This document shows, piece by piece, positions 10,777 to 20,059 of a stretch of DNA of 64,000 nucleotides (within the stretch, counting starts at the first letter, position 1; every line of letters begins with the position of its first letter). The notes beneath the pieces were generated by a model. That model worked only from the letters and a program-made list of their open reading frames with translations. It made no database searches and was not told the DNA's origin. The translations under genes were made by a program, and so were the position numbers. The stretch comes from an uncultured Chlamydiales bacterium (GTDB lineage: Bacteria; Chlamydiota; Chlamydiia; Chlamydiales; JAAKFR01): assembly GCA_963699155.1 (NCBI GenBank), contig OY969414.1:1131757-1195756 (forward strand). Direction: 5' to 3'.

Positions 10777-11751
10777 CTAATCTTTCACGCAGCGAAAGCC
10801 GATATGATTCATTCCGGTATCAGGTGCTGTTTTCATGCGGGCGGAGATGCGATAGCCTTTGCAATAGCTTTTGTGGCAGAGAAATGAGCCGCCGCGATTT
10901 ACCTTTTTGGGAGCGTAGGGCTCTTTGGGATCGAAGCTTGATTCTGGGCCCTGAGGGTTGTCTGAGAGCTCTTTTTGCTTCAGTTGGCTATAATAACTGG
11001 CATGATAGAAATCGGAACACCACTGCCAGACATTCCCTGCCATGTCGTAGAGTCCATAGGAATTAGGGTGGAAGGTCTTGACTGCTGTTGTGCCAAAATA
11101 GCCATTGGGCTTCGTACTCCTATAGGGAAATGAACCATGCCAGAGGTTAGCTTGAGGCTCTTCTTCTGAAAATTCCTCATTCCCCCAAACATAGGTGATC
11201 TCGGTCTGGCCTCCATAGGCTGCATATTCCCATTCGGCCTCTGTCGGTAACCGTTTCCCTGCCCAAGTGGCATAGGCAGCGGCATCATACCAGGAGATCT
11301 GAACAACAGGATGCTCCTCTTTTCCTTCAATGCTGCTCTCGGGCCCCTCAGGGTGCTTCCAATTAGCGCCTGGTACCCAATCCCACCAGATGCGGTGATT
11401 GTTTAGAGCGACAGGGCCGGGCATCGGCTTAAAAACGAGAGAAGCGGCCATGAGCGATTCAGGAGAAGGAGGCTTGGTCCCTGGCGGAACCTGACTCATG
11501 ATCTCTTCCAGGCTAGCTGCTTTTTCTGCGGTTGTGACGTAACCGGTGGCATCGACAAAGGCTTGGAATTCTCGATTGGTGACCAAGGCGGCATCCATCC
11601 AAAAGCCTTTCACTTTGACGTGATGGACCGGTTTTTCATCTTCATTGGCTTCACGGCTTTCCGACCCCAAAAGGTGCTCACCACCCTGGATCCAGACCAT
11701 TCCCGGTGGAGAAGCAATGAGGAGTGAGAAAAAAGAAATGAGAAGAAGCAT
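10777..11751 (-). CDS. formylglycine-generating enzyme (SUMF1/FGE family)
   Basis: RLPTEAEWEYAA, GLYDMAGNVWQW, RGGSFLCHKSYC with both catalytic Cys, GFRCV. Confidence 0.93.
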   Translation of the reverse strand: MLLLISFFSLLIASPPGMVWIQGGEHLLGSESREANEDEKPVHHVKVKGFWMDAALVTNREFQAFVDATGYVTTAEKAASLEEIMSQVPPGTKPPSPESLMAASLVFKPMPGPVALNNHRIWWDWVPGANWKHPEGPESSIEGKEEHPVVQISWYDAAAYATWAGKRLPTEAEWEYAAYGGQTEITYVWGNEEFSEEEPQANLWHGSFPYRSTKPNGYFGTTAVKTFHPNSYGLYDMAGNVWQWCSDFYHASYYSQLKQKELSDNPQGPESSFDPKEPYAPKKVNRGGSFLCHKSYCKGYRISARMKTAPDTGMNHIGFRCVKD

Positions 11752-11920
11752 ATTTACTTTAAAAGTTTTTTATAACATAGGGTGGAATATGAAGCTAAAA
11801 TATCTAATAGACCTCTTGCGTAACTCGCTTTGCTGGATAAAATTTGCCATTTTTGGGCAGATTTGCAGAAAAATTTTGAGAGCATGTGTGAACACATGGT
11901 CGAAAAATTTTGCTGCAAAG

Positions 11921-13603
11921 ATGCCAAAAAGGGCAATTTTAACGAGCGAATGGAGTTGCGCAAGAGGTCTAATAAGTCTTGCTCTTCTCTCCTCTTCTCT
12001 TATAGGTGCGGAAGCTAAAAAACCGAACATTCTCGTCATTATGGCTGATGATGTGGGTTGGTTCAACATCGGCGCCTATCACCGGGGAATCATGTCGGGT
12101 CAAACCCCCAACCTCGACAAGCTGGCGAAGCAGGGCATGATCTTCACCGATTACTATGCGGAAGCGAGCTGTACAGCTGGAAGAGCTAACTTCATTACAG
12201 GCGAGCTACCAGTCCGCACGGGTCTGACAACTGTGGGACAAGCCGGAGCCGATGTGGGGATACCCGATAGAGCCTGTACCCTTGCCACAGCCCTCAAAGC
12301 TCAGGGGTATACGACAGGGCAATTTGGCAAGAACCATTTAGGTGATCTCAACAAATATCTCCCCACTGTCCATGGCTTTGATGAATTCTTTGGCTATCTC
12401 TACCATCTCGATGCGATGTCAGATCCCTACTGGTTTGATTATCCTCAAGAGTGGATCGATAAAACGGGTCCACGCAATCTCGTCCACTGCTGGGCGACAA
12501 ATGTAGATGATCCTACCGAGCAGCCGCGCTGGGGCAGGATCGGTAAGCAGAAAATTGTCGATGAGGGTCCTTTACCTCCCTTTCCCGATATGAAAAAACA
12601 ACAAAACTGGCAGGTGGGCCGCCCAGCTAAATACAACATGGAAACCTTTGATGAGGTACTCGCTCAAAGTTCCAATGATTTCATGGATAAGGCTAAGAAA
12701 GAGGGAAAGCCATTTTTTCTCTGGCATAATACCACTAGAATGCATGTTTTCACCTATCTTTCGCCCAAGTACCAAGCGTTGATGAATCCCCAGAGCAACT
12801 ACAATGTCGAAGAAGCGGGGATGGCTCAACTGGATGATTGTGTAGGCAGATTGTTGAAACATCTGGAAGAGATCGGAGAGGCTGATAATACGATCGTCAT
12901 CTTTACGACAGATAATGGTGCTGAAGTTTTCACCTGGCCCGATGGGGGGATGACCCCTTTCCGTGCAACAAAGGGGACAGTTTGTGAAGGCGGATTCCGC
13001 GTTCCCTGTATCGTGCGTTGGTCTGGCCATATTCAACCTGGCTCCGTTGAGAATGGGATCTTTTCTGGTCTCGACTGGTTCCCCACATTAATGGCAGCTG
13101 CAGGTAATACCGATATCACCAATCAGCTCCTGAAAGGGGTCCAGCTGGGAGAGCGTACTTACAAGAATCATCTCGATGGATATAACCAACTCGACCTCCT
13201 CCACGGTAAAGCACCCTCAGCTCGCCATGAGCTCTTTTACTTTGAGGGAGAAAAATTGGGTGCGGTCCGCGTTGATAACTTTAAATTTCAATTCTTCCAA
13301 CAACCTTGGGGCTGGCCTGGTGAAAAACTGACCACCAACATGCCTACGATTGTCAACTTGCGCCAGGATCCATTTGAACGCACCATGTCAATCCGCGGTG
13401 AGAGCCTCAATAATTTGGGTGGTGGTTATATGAACGACTTTTTTGCGCGTCAATTCTGGCGTTTTGTCACCGTCCAGCAGATTGTCGGCAAACTTGTTTC
13501 CACTGCAAAAGAATATCCGCCAATGCAACCATCAGCATCATTTAATCTTTCAGCAATTAAAGAACAAATCGACGAGATTCTAAAACAACAAGCCGGTCAG
13601 TAA
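11921..13603 (+). CDS. arylsulfatase
   Basis: KPNILVIMADD, SCTAGRA (CxAxR), GKNHLG, TTDNG; start uncertain (ATG 11921 precedes a signal-like segment). Confidence 0.9.
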   Translation: MPKRAILTSEWSCARGLISLALLSSSLIGAEAKKPNILVIMADDVGWFNIGAYHRGIMSGQTPNLDKLAKQGMIFTDYYAEASCTAGRANFITGELPVRTGLTTVGQAGADVGIPDRACTLATALKAQGYTTGQFGKNHLGDLNKYLPTVHGFDEFFGYLYHLDAMSDPYWFDYPQEWIDKTGPRNLVHCWATNVDDPTEQPRWGRIGKQKIVDEGPLPPFPDMKKQQNWQVGRPAKYNMETFDEVLAQSSNDFMDKAKKEGKPFFLWHNTTRMHVFTYLSPKYQALMNPQSNYNVEEAGMAQLDDCVGRLLKHLEEIGEADNTIVIFTTDNGAEVFTWPDGGMTPFRATKGTVCEGGFRVPCIVRWSGHIQPGSVENGIFSGLDWFPTLMAAAGNTDITNQLLKGVQLGERTYKNHLDGYNQLDLLHGKAPSARHELFYFEGEKLGAVRVDNFKFQFFQQPWGWPGEKLTTNMPTIVNLRQDPFERTMSIRGESLNNLGGGYMNDFFARQFWRFVTVQQIVGKLVSTAKEYPPMQPSASFNLSAIKEQIDEILKQQAGQ

Positions 13604-13648
13604 CATCGTCAGGGTTGCACAACCCCGAATAAGGGCGAGAATCAACCG

Positions 13649-14254
13649 TTACTTTTTTGGAACTTGCTCTTTTCTTTGCCAGTTAATCTTACCGGCATAG
13701 GTATTCAAGCAGGCTGTTATTTTCGTTAATTTTGTAACCGTTGCTCCTAATTTTGCCGCTTCTTCTTCGTTATCTGGCGTCATCTCTTGTTTATCCCTTA
13801 TTACAAGAAAGAGACGCCCTTGTACGAAGTCCTCTTTCTTTACTTCCAAACTGACTTCGTGAAAATGGTGAATCCGTTTCAGAAAAGCGTTGATCGTTAT
13901 AATGATATTTCTTATCGGGATGGTGGCTCTGCGATCCTCACGGTATTTATTATCTGTTGGATTGGTGGCGACCAGTGTGCGGCTCGGTCCCTTAGTCATA
14001 ATCCCATAATCCTGAAGCGGCTGAAAAGTTCCCCAACAGGCGACTCCTTTTTCCAATATTCCCTTCATCAATGCAGGGTTATACGTTGCCTTAAATAGAA
14101 AATTGATGAGATCGTCTAAAGTAGCCCCTTCTTGTTCTGCGATATGTTCAAACATTGTCGTAGGGCAAGACTCTTCAGAACATTTCTTCCTAATTTTTGA
14201 TGCCCGTTCAATTTCTGCAGCTGGGTCAGCGGCTGCTGTAGCTTGGAGTGCCAT
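13649..14254 (-). CDS. hypothetical protein
   Basis: 201-aa ORF with AT-rich flanks; no recognised motif. Confidence 0.6.
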   Translation of the reverse strand: MALQATAAADPAAEIERASKIRKKCSEESCPTTMFEHIAEQEGATLDDLINFLFKATYNPALMKGILEKGVACWGTFQPLQDYGIMTKGPSRTLVATNPTDNKYREDRRATIPIRNIIITINAFLKRIHHFHEVSLEVKKEDFVQGRLFLVIRDKQEMTPDNEEEAAKLGATVTKLTKITACLNTYAGKINWQRKEQVPKK

Positions 14255-14405
14255 AACATAAACCTTTGGTTGAGAGATAATTATGCGATAAATAATAAAC
14301 TAAGAATAGTTAGCTGTCAAGGAAAATAAGAGAATAAAAGTTTAGTTATTTCAATCTTTTTATAAACTATTTTGAAAGTATTTCTTTTTATATATAATTA
14401 CTTTT

Positions 14406-15182
14406 ATGAAAGCAATTTGGAAAGGGTCGATTGCCTTTGGACTGGTCAATATCCCGATCAATGTCTATCCCGCATCAGAAGAGCATGAATTAGAGTTTCA
14501 TATGCTCCATAAGAAGGATTTGTCCCCGATCCGCTTTGCCCGCATCTGCAAGGAAGAAGAGACAGAGGTCCCCTTTAGTGATATCGTCAAAGGATATGAG
14601 TATGAGAAAGGGGAGTATGTTGTTATTGATAGCGAAGACTTTAAGGCAGCAGATGCGAAAAAAACTTCTACGATCGATATCCAGCAGTTTACCAATGCTG
14701 CGGAGATCCATCCGATCTATTTTGAAAAGCCTTACTACTTAGAACCCGATAAAAAAGCGGGAAAGGCTTATCGACTCCTTCATGAAGCCCTCTCTCAGTC
14801 AAAAAAAGTCGCCATTGCCAATTTTGTTTTTCGCAATCGCGAACATTTGGGAGTGATTATTCCTGTAGATGAAGGGCTTCTTTTAATTCAGATGCGCTAT
14901 CATAAAGAGATTCGACCCTTTGCTCAGCTAGAGATTAAGAAGGAAAAGGTGACAGCTTCCGAATTGAAAATGGCGCTCACATTGATCAATCAGCTCACCT
15001 CTTCCTTCAATCCCGAAAAATACCATGATACCTATGTAGAATCTCTGATGAAGGTGATCGAAGGCAAACTTCATGGTAAAAAAACGCGCAAAGTCAAAAC
15101 GGAAAAAGTGGCTTATGAAGCACGCGATCTGATGCACCTTTTGCAAGCGAGTATGCAAAAGCCCAAGCGACGAGCGCTATGA
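14406..15182 (+). CDS. ku: Ku protein (NHEJ)
   Basis: WKGSIAFGLVNIP, IVKGYEYEKG, YFEKPYYLEP, DLMHLLQAS. Confidence 0.95.
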   Translation: MKAIWKGSIAFGLVNIPINVYPASEEHELEFHMLHKKDLSPIRFARICKEEETEVPFSDIVKGYEYEKGEYVVIDSEDFKAADAKKTSTIDIQQFTNAAEIHPIYFEKPYYLEPDKKAGKAYRLLHEALSQSKKVAIANFVFRNREHLGVIIPVDEGLLLIQMRYHKEIRPFAQLEIKKEKVTASELKMALTLINQLTSSFNPEKYHDTYVESLMKVIEGKLHGKKTRKVKTEKVAYEARDLMHLLQASMQKPKRRAL

Positions 15183-16933
15183 CTATTCAACCGATGCTCT
15201 GTATGCTCATCGATAAACCCTTCGATGACGCGGAGTGGCTCTTCGAGATCAAAATGGATGGTTTTCGTGCGATTGCAGAGCTAAATGGCAAAAAAGTGAA
15301 GCTCTATTCCCGCAATCGCCAATCTTTCAATGAACGCTTTCCGCATATTGTCGACCATTTAGCCTCACTCAAGCTCCATGCCATTTTGGATGGGGAGATC
15401 GCTGCTGTCGATGATGAGGGTGTCTCCCATTTCCAGATGCTCCAACACTATGCTACAGCCCAGCATATCTACTATTTTGTCTTCGACATTCTCTATTTGA
15501 ATGGAAGGGATCTGAGAGAGCTGCCGCTGATCGAAAGAAAGGCGATTCTGAAAAAGGTTCTTGGCAAGGATCCACTCATTCACTACCTCGATCATGTCGA
15601 AAAGCGGGGCAAAGAGTTTTTCGAGCTCTGTAAGCAGCATGGATTAGAGGGGGTCATTGGGAAAAAGAGGGAGGGCCACTATCATGAAGGAGAGCGCTTG
15701 CGGGAATGGGTCAAGATCAAGGTAGAACAGCGGCAGGAGGTGGTGATTTGTGGCTATACTTCGCCTAAGAAAAGCCGCAAACATTTTGGTGCCCTTGTGG
15801 TAGGGGTTTATCATCAGGGAGAGCTTCACTATGCAGGTCATGTGGGCGGTGGATTTACTGAAAAGAAGTTGGAAGAGATCAAAAAGCTGCTCTCCCCCTA
15901 TGTCACCGCTCGTACTCCCTTGAAAAAGGCCCCAAAGTTAGGTGTGGGGGTAACCTGGGTCAAACCGGAACTCCGTTGCGAGGTCAAATTCAAAGAGTGG
16001 ACCAATAGCGGTACGCTGCGCATGCCCATTTTTTTGGGCTTACGAAGTAGGGCAAAGTATGACTTCATCACCCATCCCGAAAAAATCCTTTGGGAAAAAG
16101 AAAAGATCACGAAAAGGCAGCTCTTAAATTACTATGAAGCAGTTTCTCACTTTCTCCTTCCCTATTTAAAAGAGCGTCCTGAAAGTCTAAAACGGTATCC
16201 TAATGGCGCTGGGGCACCTGCCTTTTTCCAAAAAAATATCAGACGCCCACCAGAATGGGCAGAGACCGTTTTGGTTGAACATAGCAATAAAACAGTGAAC
16301 TACCTAATCATTCAAGATGTGAAGAGCCTTCTCTACGCGGTCAATCTCGGCTGCCTCGAAATACACCCCTGGCTTTCGAGAGTAGAGAGCTTAGGGTATC
16401 CCGACTTCTTGATCTTCGATTTAGATCCTGAAGCGATCTCTTTTGATGCTGTCATTGAGACCGCTTTGGCCCTACACGCTATTTTAGATGGGTTAGGAAT
16501 TCCCAATTTTTGCAAGACATCGGGAGGGCGAGGGATGCACATCGGCGTCCCTCTCAAAGCGCAATATAGTTACACTCAGGCCAAACAGTTTGCAGAGCTC
16601 GTCGCTATCATCGTCCACCGGAAGCTGCCCAAGATTACCTCGCTGGAAAGAAGCCCTAAAAAGCGGCAGAAAAAGGTCTACATCGACTGTTACCAAAATA
16701 ACTTTGGCCAAACCCTCGCAGCCCCTTTCAGCGTGCGTGCGAAAGCGGGAGCCCCTGTTTCCACCCCTCTAGATTGGAGTGAAGTGGTGCCGGGGATACT
16801 CCCTTCCGATTTCCATTTTTTCAATACACTCGAGCGTTTACAGAGGCATCGCGATCCCTTCAAAGGGGTTTTAGGCAGAGGGATCAATCTTGTAAAAACG
16901 ATCCCAAAGTTGGAACTATTTGTCTATAAATAG
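15179..16933 (+). CDS. ligD: DNA ligase D (ligase + polymerase domains, no phosphoesterase domain seen)
   Basis: EIKMDGFR, EGVIGK, WVKPEL; primase-polymerase motifs FFQKN, IFDLDP, KTSGGRGMHI, PVSTPLDW; ATGA overlap with ku. Confidence 0.93.
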   Translation: MTIQPMLCMLIDKPFDDAEWLFEIKMDGFRAIAELNGKKVKLYSRNRQSFNERFPHIVDHLASLKLHAILDGEIAAVDDEGVSHFQMLQHYATAQHIYYFVFDILYLNGRDLRELPLIERKAILKKVLGKDPLIHYLDHVEKRGKEFFELCKQHGLEGVIGKKREGHYHEGERLREWVKIKVEQRQEVVICGYTSPKKSRKHFGALVVGVYHQGELHYAGHVGGGFTEKKLEEIKKLLSPYVTARTPLKKAPKLGVGVTWVKPELRCEVKFKEWTNSGTLRMPIFLGLRSRAKYDFITHPEKILWEKEKITKRQLLNYYEAVSHFLLPYLKERPESLKRYPNGAGAPAFFQKNIRRPPEWAETVLVEHSNKTVNYLIIQDVKSLLYAVNLGCLEIHPWLSRVESLGYPDFLIFDLDPEAISFDAVIETALALHAILDGLGIPNFCKTSGGRGMHIGVPLKAQYSYTQAKQFAELVAIIVHRKLPKITSLERSPKKRQKKVYIDCYQNNFGQTLAAPFSVRAKAGAPVSTPLDWSEVVPGILPSDFHFFNTLERLQRHRDPFKGVLGRGINLVKTIPKLELFVYK

Positions 16934-17132
16934 TTTCAATAAAAATGAACTTTTTTTCTTCTATTGAGAGAGTTCTGTAAAGCTTCGATAAATAACCAAT
17001 AAAAGAATAAAGCAGATAATTTTATCTCAGTTCTTTTTGATATAAAATAATTAGTTTATTACATAAAATTAAATTTAGACATTAGTTAGGATTTTGTTAT
17101 CCCTCATTTTAAAACAAATAAGGAGAAGATTT

Positions 17133-17891
17133 ATGAAAAAACTATTTGCAGTTCTTTTCTTAGTCGGCAGCATGGCTACACTCCGCGCTGATTACTACGG
17201 TGGCTGCTCGAGCGGCGAGTATGGCCAGATGCCTTATGGCGCTCAGCCATCACAAGGATTTAACCAATATGGTTACCAAGAATCACCATATGGATATAAC
17301 CAAGGTTATCAGCCACAACAACAAAACCAGCCATCTCAAGGGACGCTCTATTCGAGCAACCAACCAGGACGTCCTGGCCCTGTGACTAACCAACCATCTA
17401 ATCGATTTGGCTTCTCGAATAACCAACCTGGGCAGCCTAGCCAAGGGGCAGCTTTTAGCCAGCCTTACAGCCAATCACAAAATCAACCGTATGCTCAACC
17501 TAATGCACGCTCTAATCTGAGCAATCAGCCAACTAGCCAGTCAAACCAAGCGAACCCATTCAGCAATCAGGCTTATGGGGACGAACCAGCAGGGTCGGCT
17601 TCTTACGGCTATGGTGCTTCAGCTCAACAAGGCGCGCAGTCGGGTCAGTCGATCCAGCAGCAGCTGACTTCAAGAATCCAAGACGCTGTGCGTAACTTGT
17701 CTGACAAATACAACAACGTTAACGTTTCTCTTAACAACGGAACTGTCACACTCCGCGGAACAGTCGCTTCGCAAGAAGACAAATCTAATCTGGAAAGATT
17801 AGTTCGTGGTCTTGAAGGTGTCCTCAATGTTGATAACCAAGTTACAGTTCAATCTCAACCAGCTAACAGCAACCCAAGCAGCGGAAGCTAG
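17133..17891 (+). CDS. exported Q/N/P-rich protein with a C-terminal BON domain
   Basis: AGGAG RBS, signal peptide, low-complexity region, VTLRGTV...GLEGVLNVDNQVTV. Confidence 0.85.
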   Translation: MKKLFAVLFLVGSMATLRADYYGGCSSGEYGQMPYGAQPSQGFNQYGYQESPYGYNQGYQPQQQNQPSQGTLYSSNQPGRPGPVTNQPSNRFGFSNNQPGQPSQGAAFSQPYSQSQNQPYAQPNARSNLSNQPTSQSNQANPFSNQAYGDEPAGSASYGYGASAQQGAQSGQSIQQQLTSRIQDAVRNLSDKYNNVNVSLNNGTVTLRGTVASQEDKSNLERLVRGLEGVLNVDNQVTVQSQPANSNPSSGS

Positions 17892-17894
17892 TAC

Positions 17895-18022
17895 TAAGAT
17901 AACGCTTTAATGAGCTACTCGAAGAGGTCCCTCTAACCGGGGACCTCTTTTTTTTATATAAGATAACGCTTTGATGCGCTACTCGAAGAGGTCCCTCTAA
18001 CCGGGGACCTCTTTTTTTATAT
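17895..18022 (+). terminator. tandemly duplicated intrinsic terminator (2 x 64 bp)
   Basis: Units 17895-17958 and 17959-18022, each with an AAGAGGTCCC/GGGACCTCTT stem and a T-tract. Confidence 0.85.
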
Positions 18023-18025
18023 ATG

Positions 18026-20059
18026 TTATTCTTTCATCGCTTTTAACCAGATGCGCAACAGCTCAGCAACACTCCAGCCTTGAGCCATGCAGCCTTGAGG
18101 GATGTAGGGAGGGGTGGCATTGAAGATCTCGCTGATCGTACCGATTCCAGCCTCGCTGAGGTGCTTTGAGAGGGGTTCCAAGAAGTGGCGCGCTTCCCTT
18201 CTCTTTTCCGGATAGACCTTCATCCAGCCATCGCAAAAAGGTCCTATCAACCAAGGCCAAACGGTTCCTTGGTGGTAGGCTGCATCCCTAGCTCTTAAAT
18301 CCCCCTCATAGATAGGTTTAAAATCGGGGTGGGCAATTTCCAGTGTGCGCAAACCATAGGGTGTCAACAATTTCTCTTGGACGAGGTCGATGACCGATTT
18401 CCAATGGGAGGGCTCTAATACCGGATATTTTAAAGAGATGGCAAAAAGTTGATTGGGACGGAAAGAGTGGTCATCCCCATTTTCGCCATCGACAACATCG
18501 TAGAGATAGCCTTTATCGGCAATCCAAAATCGTTGATTAAAAGAGAGGTAGATCTCGTCAGCGATTCCTGCATAAAATTTTTTCTTCGAGTGATCTACCC
18601 ATGTTTCCATCAATCTGAGAGCATTGTACCAAAGGGCATTGATCTCTACTGCCTTTCCTCTTCTGGGGGTCACAACCCAGTCTCCCACTTTCGCATCCAT
18701 CCATGTGAGCTGGTATTTGTCTGCCCCCTGCTTCATGAGTTTGTCTTGAGGATCCATTCCGATCCCAAAGAGGGTTCCTTTGATGTGGTGGCGGATAATC
18801 TCTTCTAAGATAGGTAAGAGCTCTTCTAGAATGAGAGGGTCTTGGGTAATGGTATAGTAGCGATCGATCGCGTGAAAGAACCAGAGCGTCGCATCTGCAG
18901 TGTGATAGAGACCCTGATTTTGCCCTTCAGGGAACATGTTAGGGATTAATCCCTCGTTGACATAGTGGGCAAAGGTTTTCAAAATCCAGCGCGCTTCTTG
19001 ATAGCGGCGAGTAGAGAGTGTTAATCCTTCCAGACAGATCATCGTATCTCTACCCCAATCGGTAAACCAGTGGTAACCGGCGATGACGGTGCGAATCTCC
19101 TCACCAAAGGTATGGGCTCTCACCGTATCCTCGATGCGGTGTTCGGGAACGATGATAAATTGGTCGGCTGCCAGAACAAGCTCTTCGAGCGTCTCCTCAT
19201 GGAGATCAGCAAGTTGCAGAAGCATCCTTCGCCTCAAATTTTCCGATTTCTTCGCAAAAAAGAGGGGAAGTGCATTGATACTTTTCCACCGCTCTGTGGA
19301 GGCGACTAGCCCCACCACAGCGTTCTTCTTCAATTCAAAATGAAAATAACCTGGATTCCAGAGATCTCCCAAAAACTCATACCCTCGCCGCTGTTCAGTG
19401 CGGAATAGGATATTATGCAAGAATTTCCCTTGGATAGTGAACCCGCCATTTTCATCTCCTGCAATGAACATCCGGACAGGTGTGAAATCCTTTTTACTGA
19501 CCTCATAGCGGTTTCCAATGACGGAGATCATGTAATTTTCCTGAAGCGGCACATTGACTGGGGCTTCATGATGGCGGAAGTTAAATGCAGGAGAGAGCTT
19601 CATGTGCACAAGATCAGCCCCTTCCAGCAGCTGATAGGTGATCATCACTGTATTTTGCCGATGGGGCATCAAAATGCGTTTTTCCACCAAGATCTCCCCG
19701 ATCTGGTAACGCCACACAGGAAGCCCATCTTCTAAATAAAACTCTTTCAGATAATCGAGCGCTTCGATGCAGAGATTGCCATCGGGCATTTCCTCACAGT
19801 TAAGGAAGATACTTCCCGACTCTAAAATGATTTCTTCCGACAGTTGGCTCAGCATGATATAACGGCCATGCGGAGGAGGCAACGCAGCGATGAGAAGCCC
19901 ATGATATTTCCGTGTCATCGCTCCCATGATGGTACTCGAAGAATAGCCACCAAGCCCATTGGTGACCAACCACTCATTGCGGACATATTTTTCTAAATCA
20001 TGTGGAACATTGACGATCACATTTTCTTTGGTAAAGGGACGGATGATTTTTTTATTCAT
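18026..20059 (-). CDS. amylo-alpha-1,6-glucosidase (glycogen debranching enzyme, GH133-like)
   Basis: EWLVTNGLGGY, AGYHWFTDWGRDTMI, LTWMDAK, YHQGTVWPWL. Confidence 0.93.
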   Translation of the reverse strand: MNKKIIRPFTKENVIVNVPHDLEKYVRNEWLVTNGLGGYSSSTIMGAMTRKYHGLLIAALPPPHGRYIMLSQLSEEIILESGSIFLNCEEMPDGNLCIEALDYLKEFYLEDGLPVWRYQIGEILVEKRILMPHRQNTVMITYQLLEGADLVHMKLSPAFNFRHHEAPVNVPLQENYMISVIGNRYEVSKKDFTPVRMFIAGDENGGFTIQGKFLHNILFRTEQRRGYEFLGDLWNPGYFHFELKKNAVVGLVASTERWKSINALPLFFAKKSENLRRRMLLQLADLHEETLEELVLAADQFIIVPEHRIEDTVRAHTFGEEIRTVIAGYHWFTDWGRDTMICLEGLTLSTRRYQEARWILKTFAHYVNEGLIPNMFPEGQNQGLYHTADATLWFFHAIDRYYTITQDPLILEELLPILEEIIRHHIKGTLFGIGMDPQDKLMKQGADKYQLTWMDAKVGDWVVTPRRGKAVEINALWYNALRLMETWVDHSKKKFYAGIADEIYLSFNQRFWIADKGYLYDVVDGENGDDHSFRPNQLFAISLKYPVLEPSHWKSVIDLVQEKLLTPYGLRTLEIAHPDFKPIYEGDLRARDAAYHQGTVWPWLIGPFCDGWMKVYPEKRREARHFLEPLSKHLSEAGIGTISEIFNATPPYIPQGCMAQGWSVAELLRIWLKAMKE

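Noticed and set aside
11645..11920. Long N-terminal extension of the sulfatase
   Set aside because: Overlaps the divergent FGE gene and the AT-rich intergenic region
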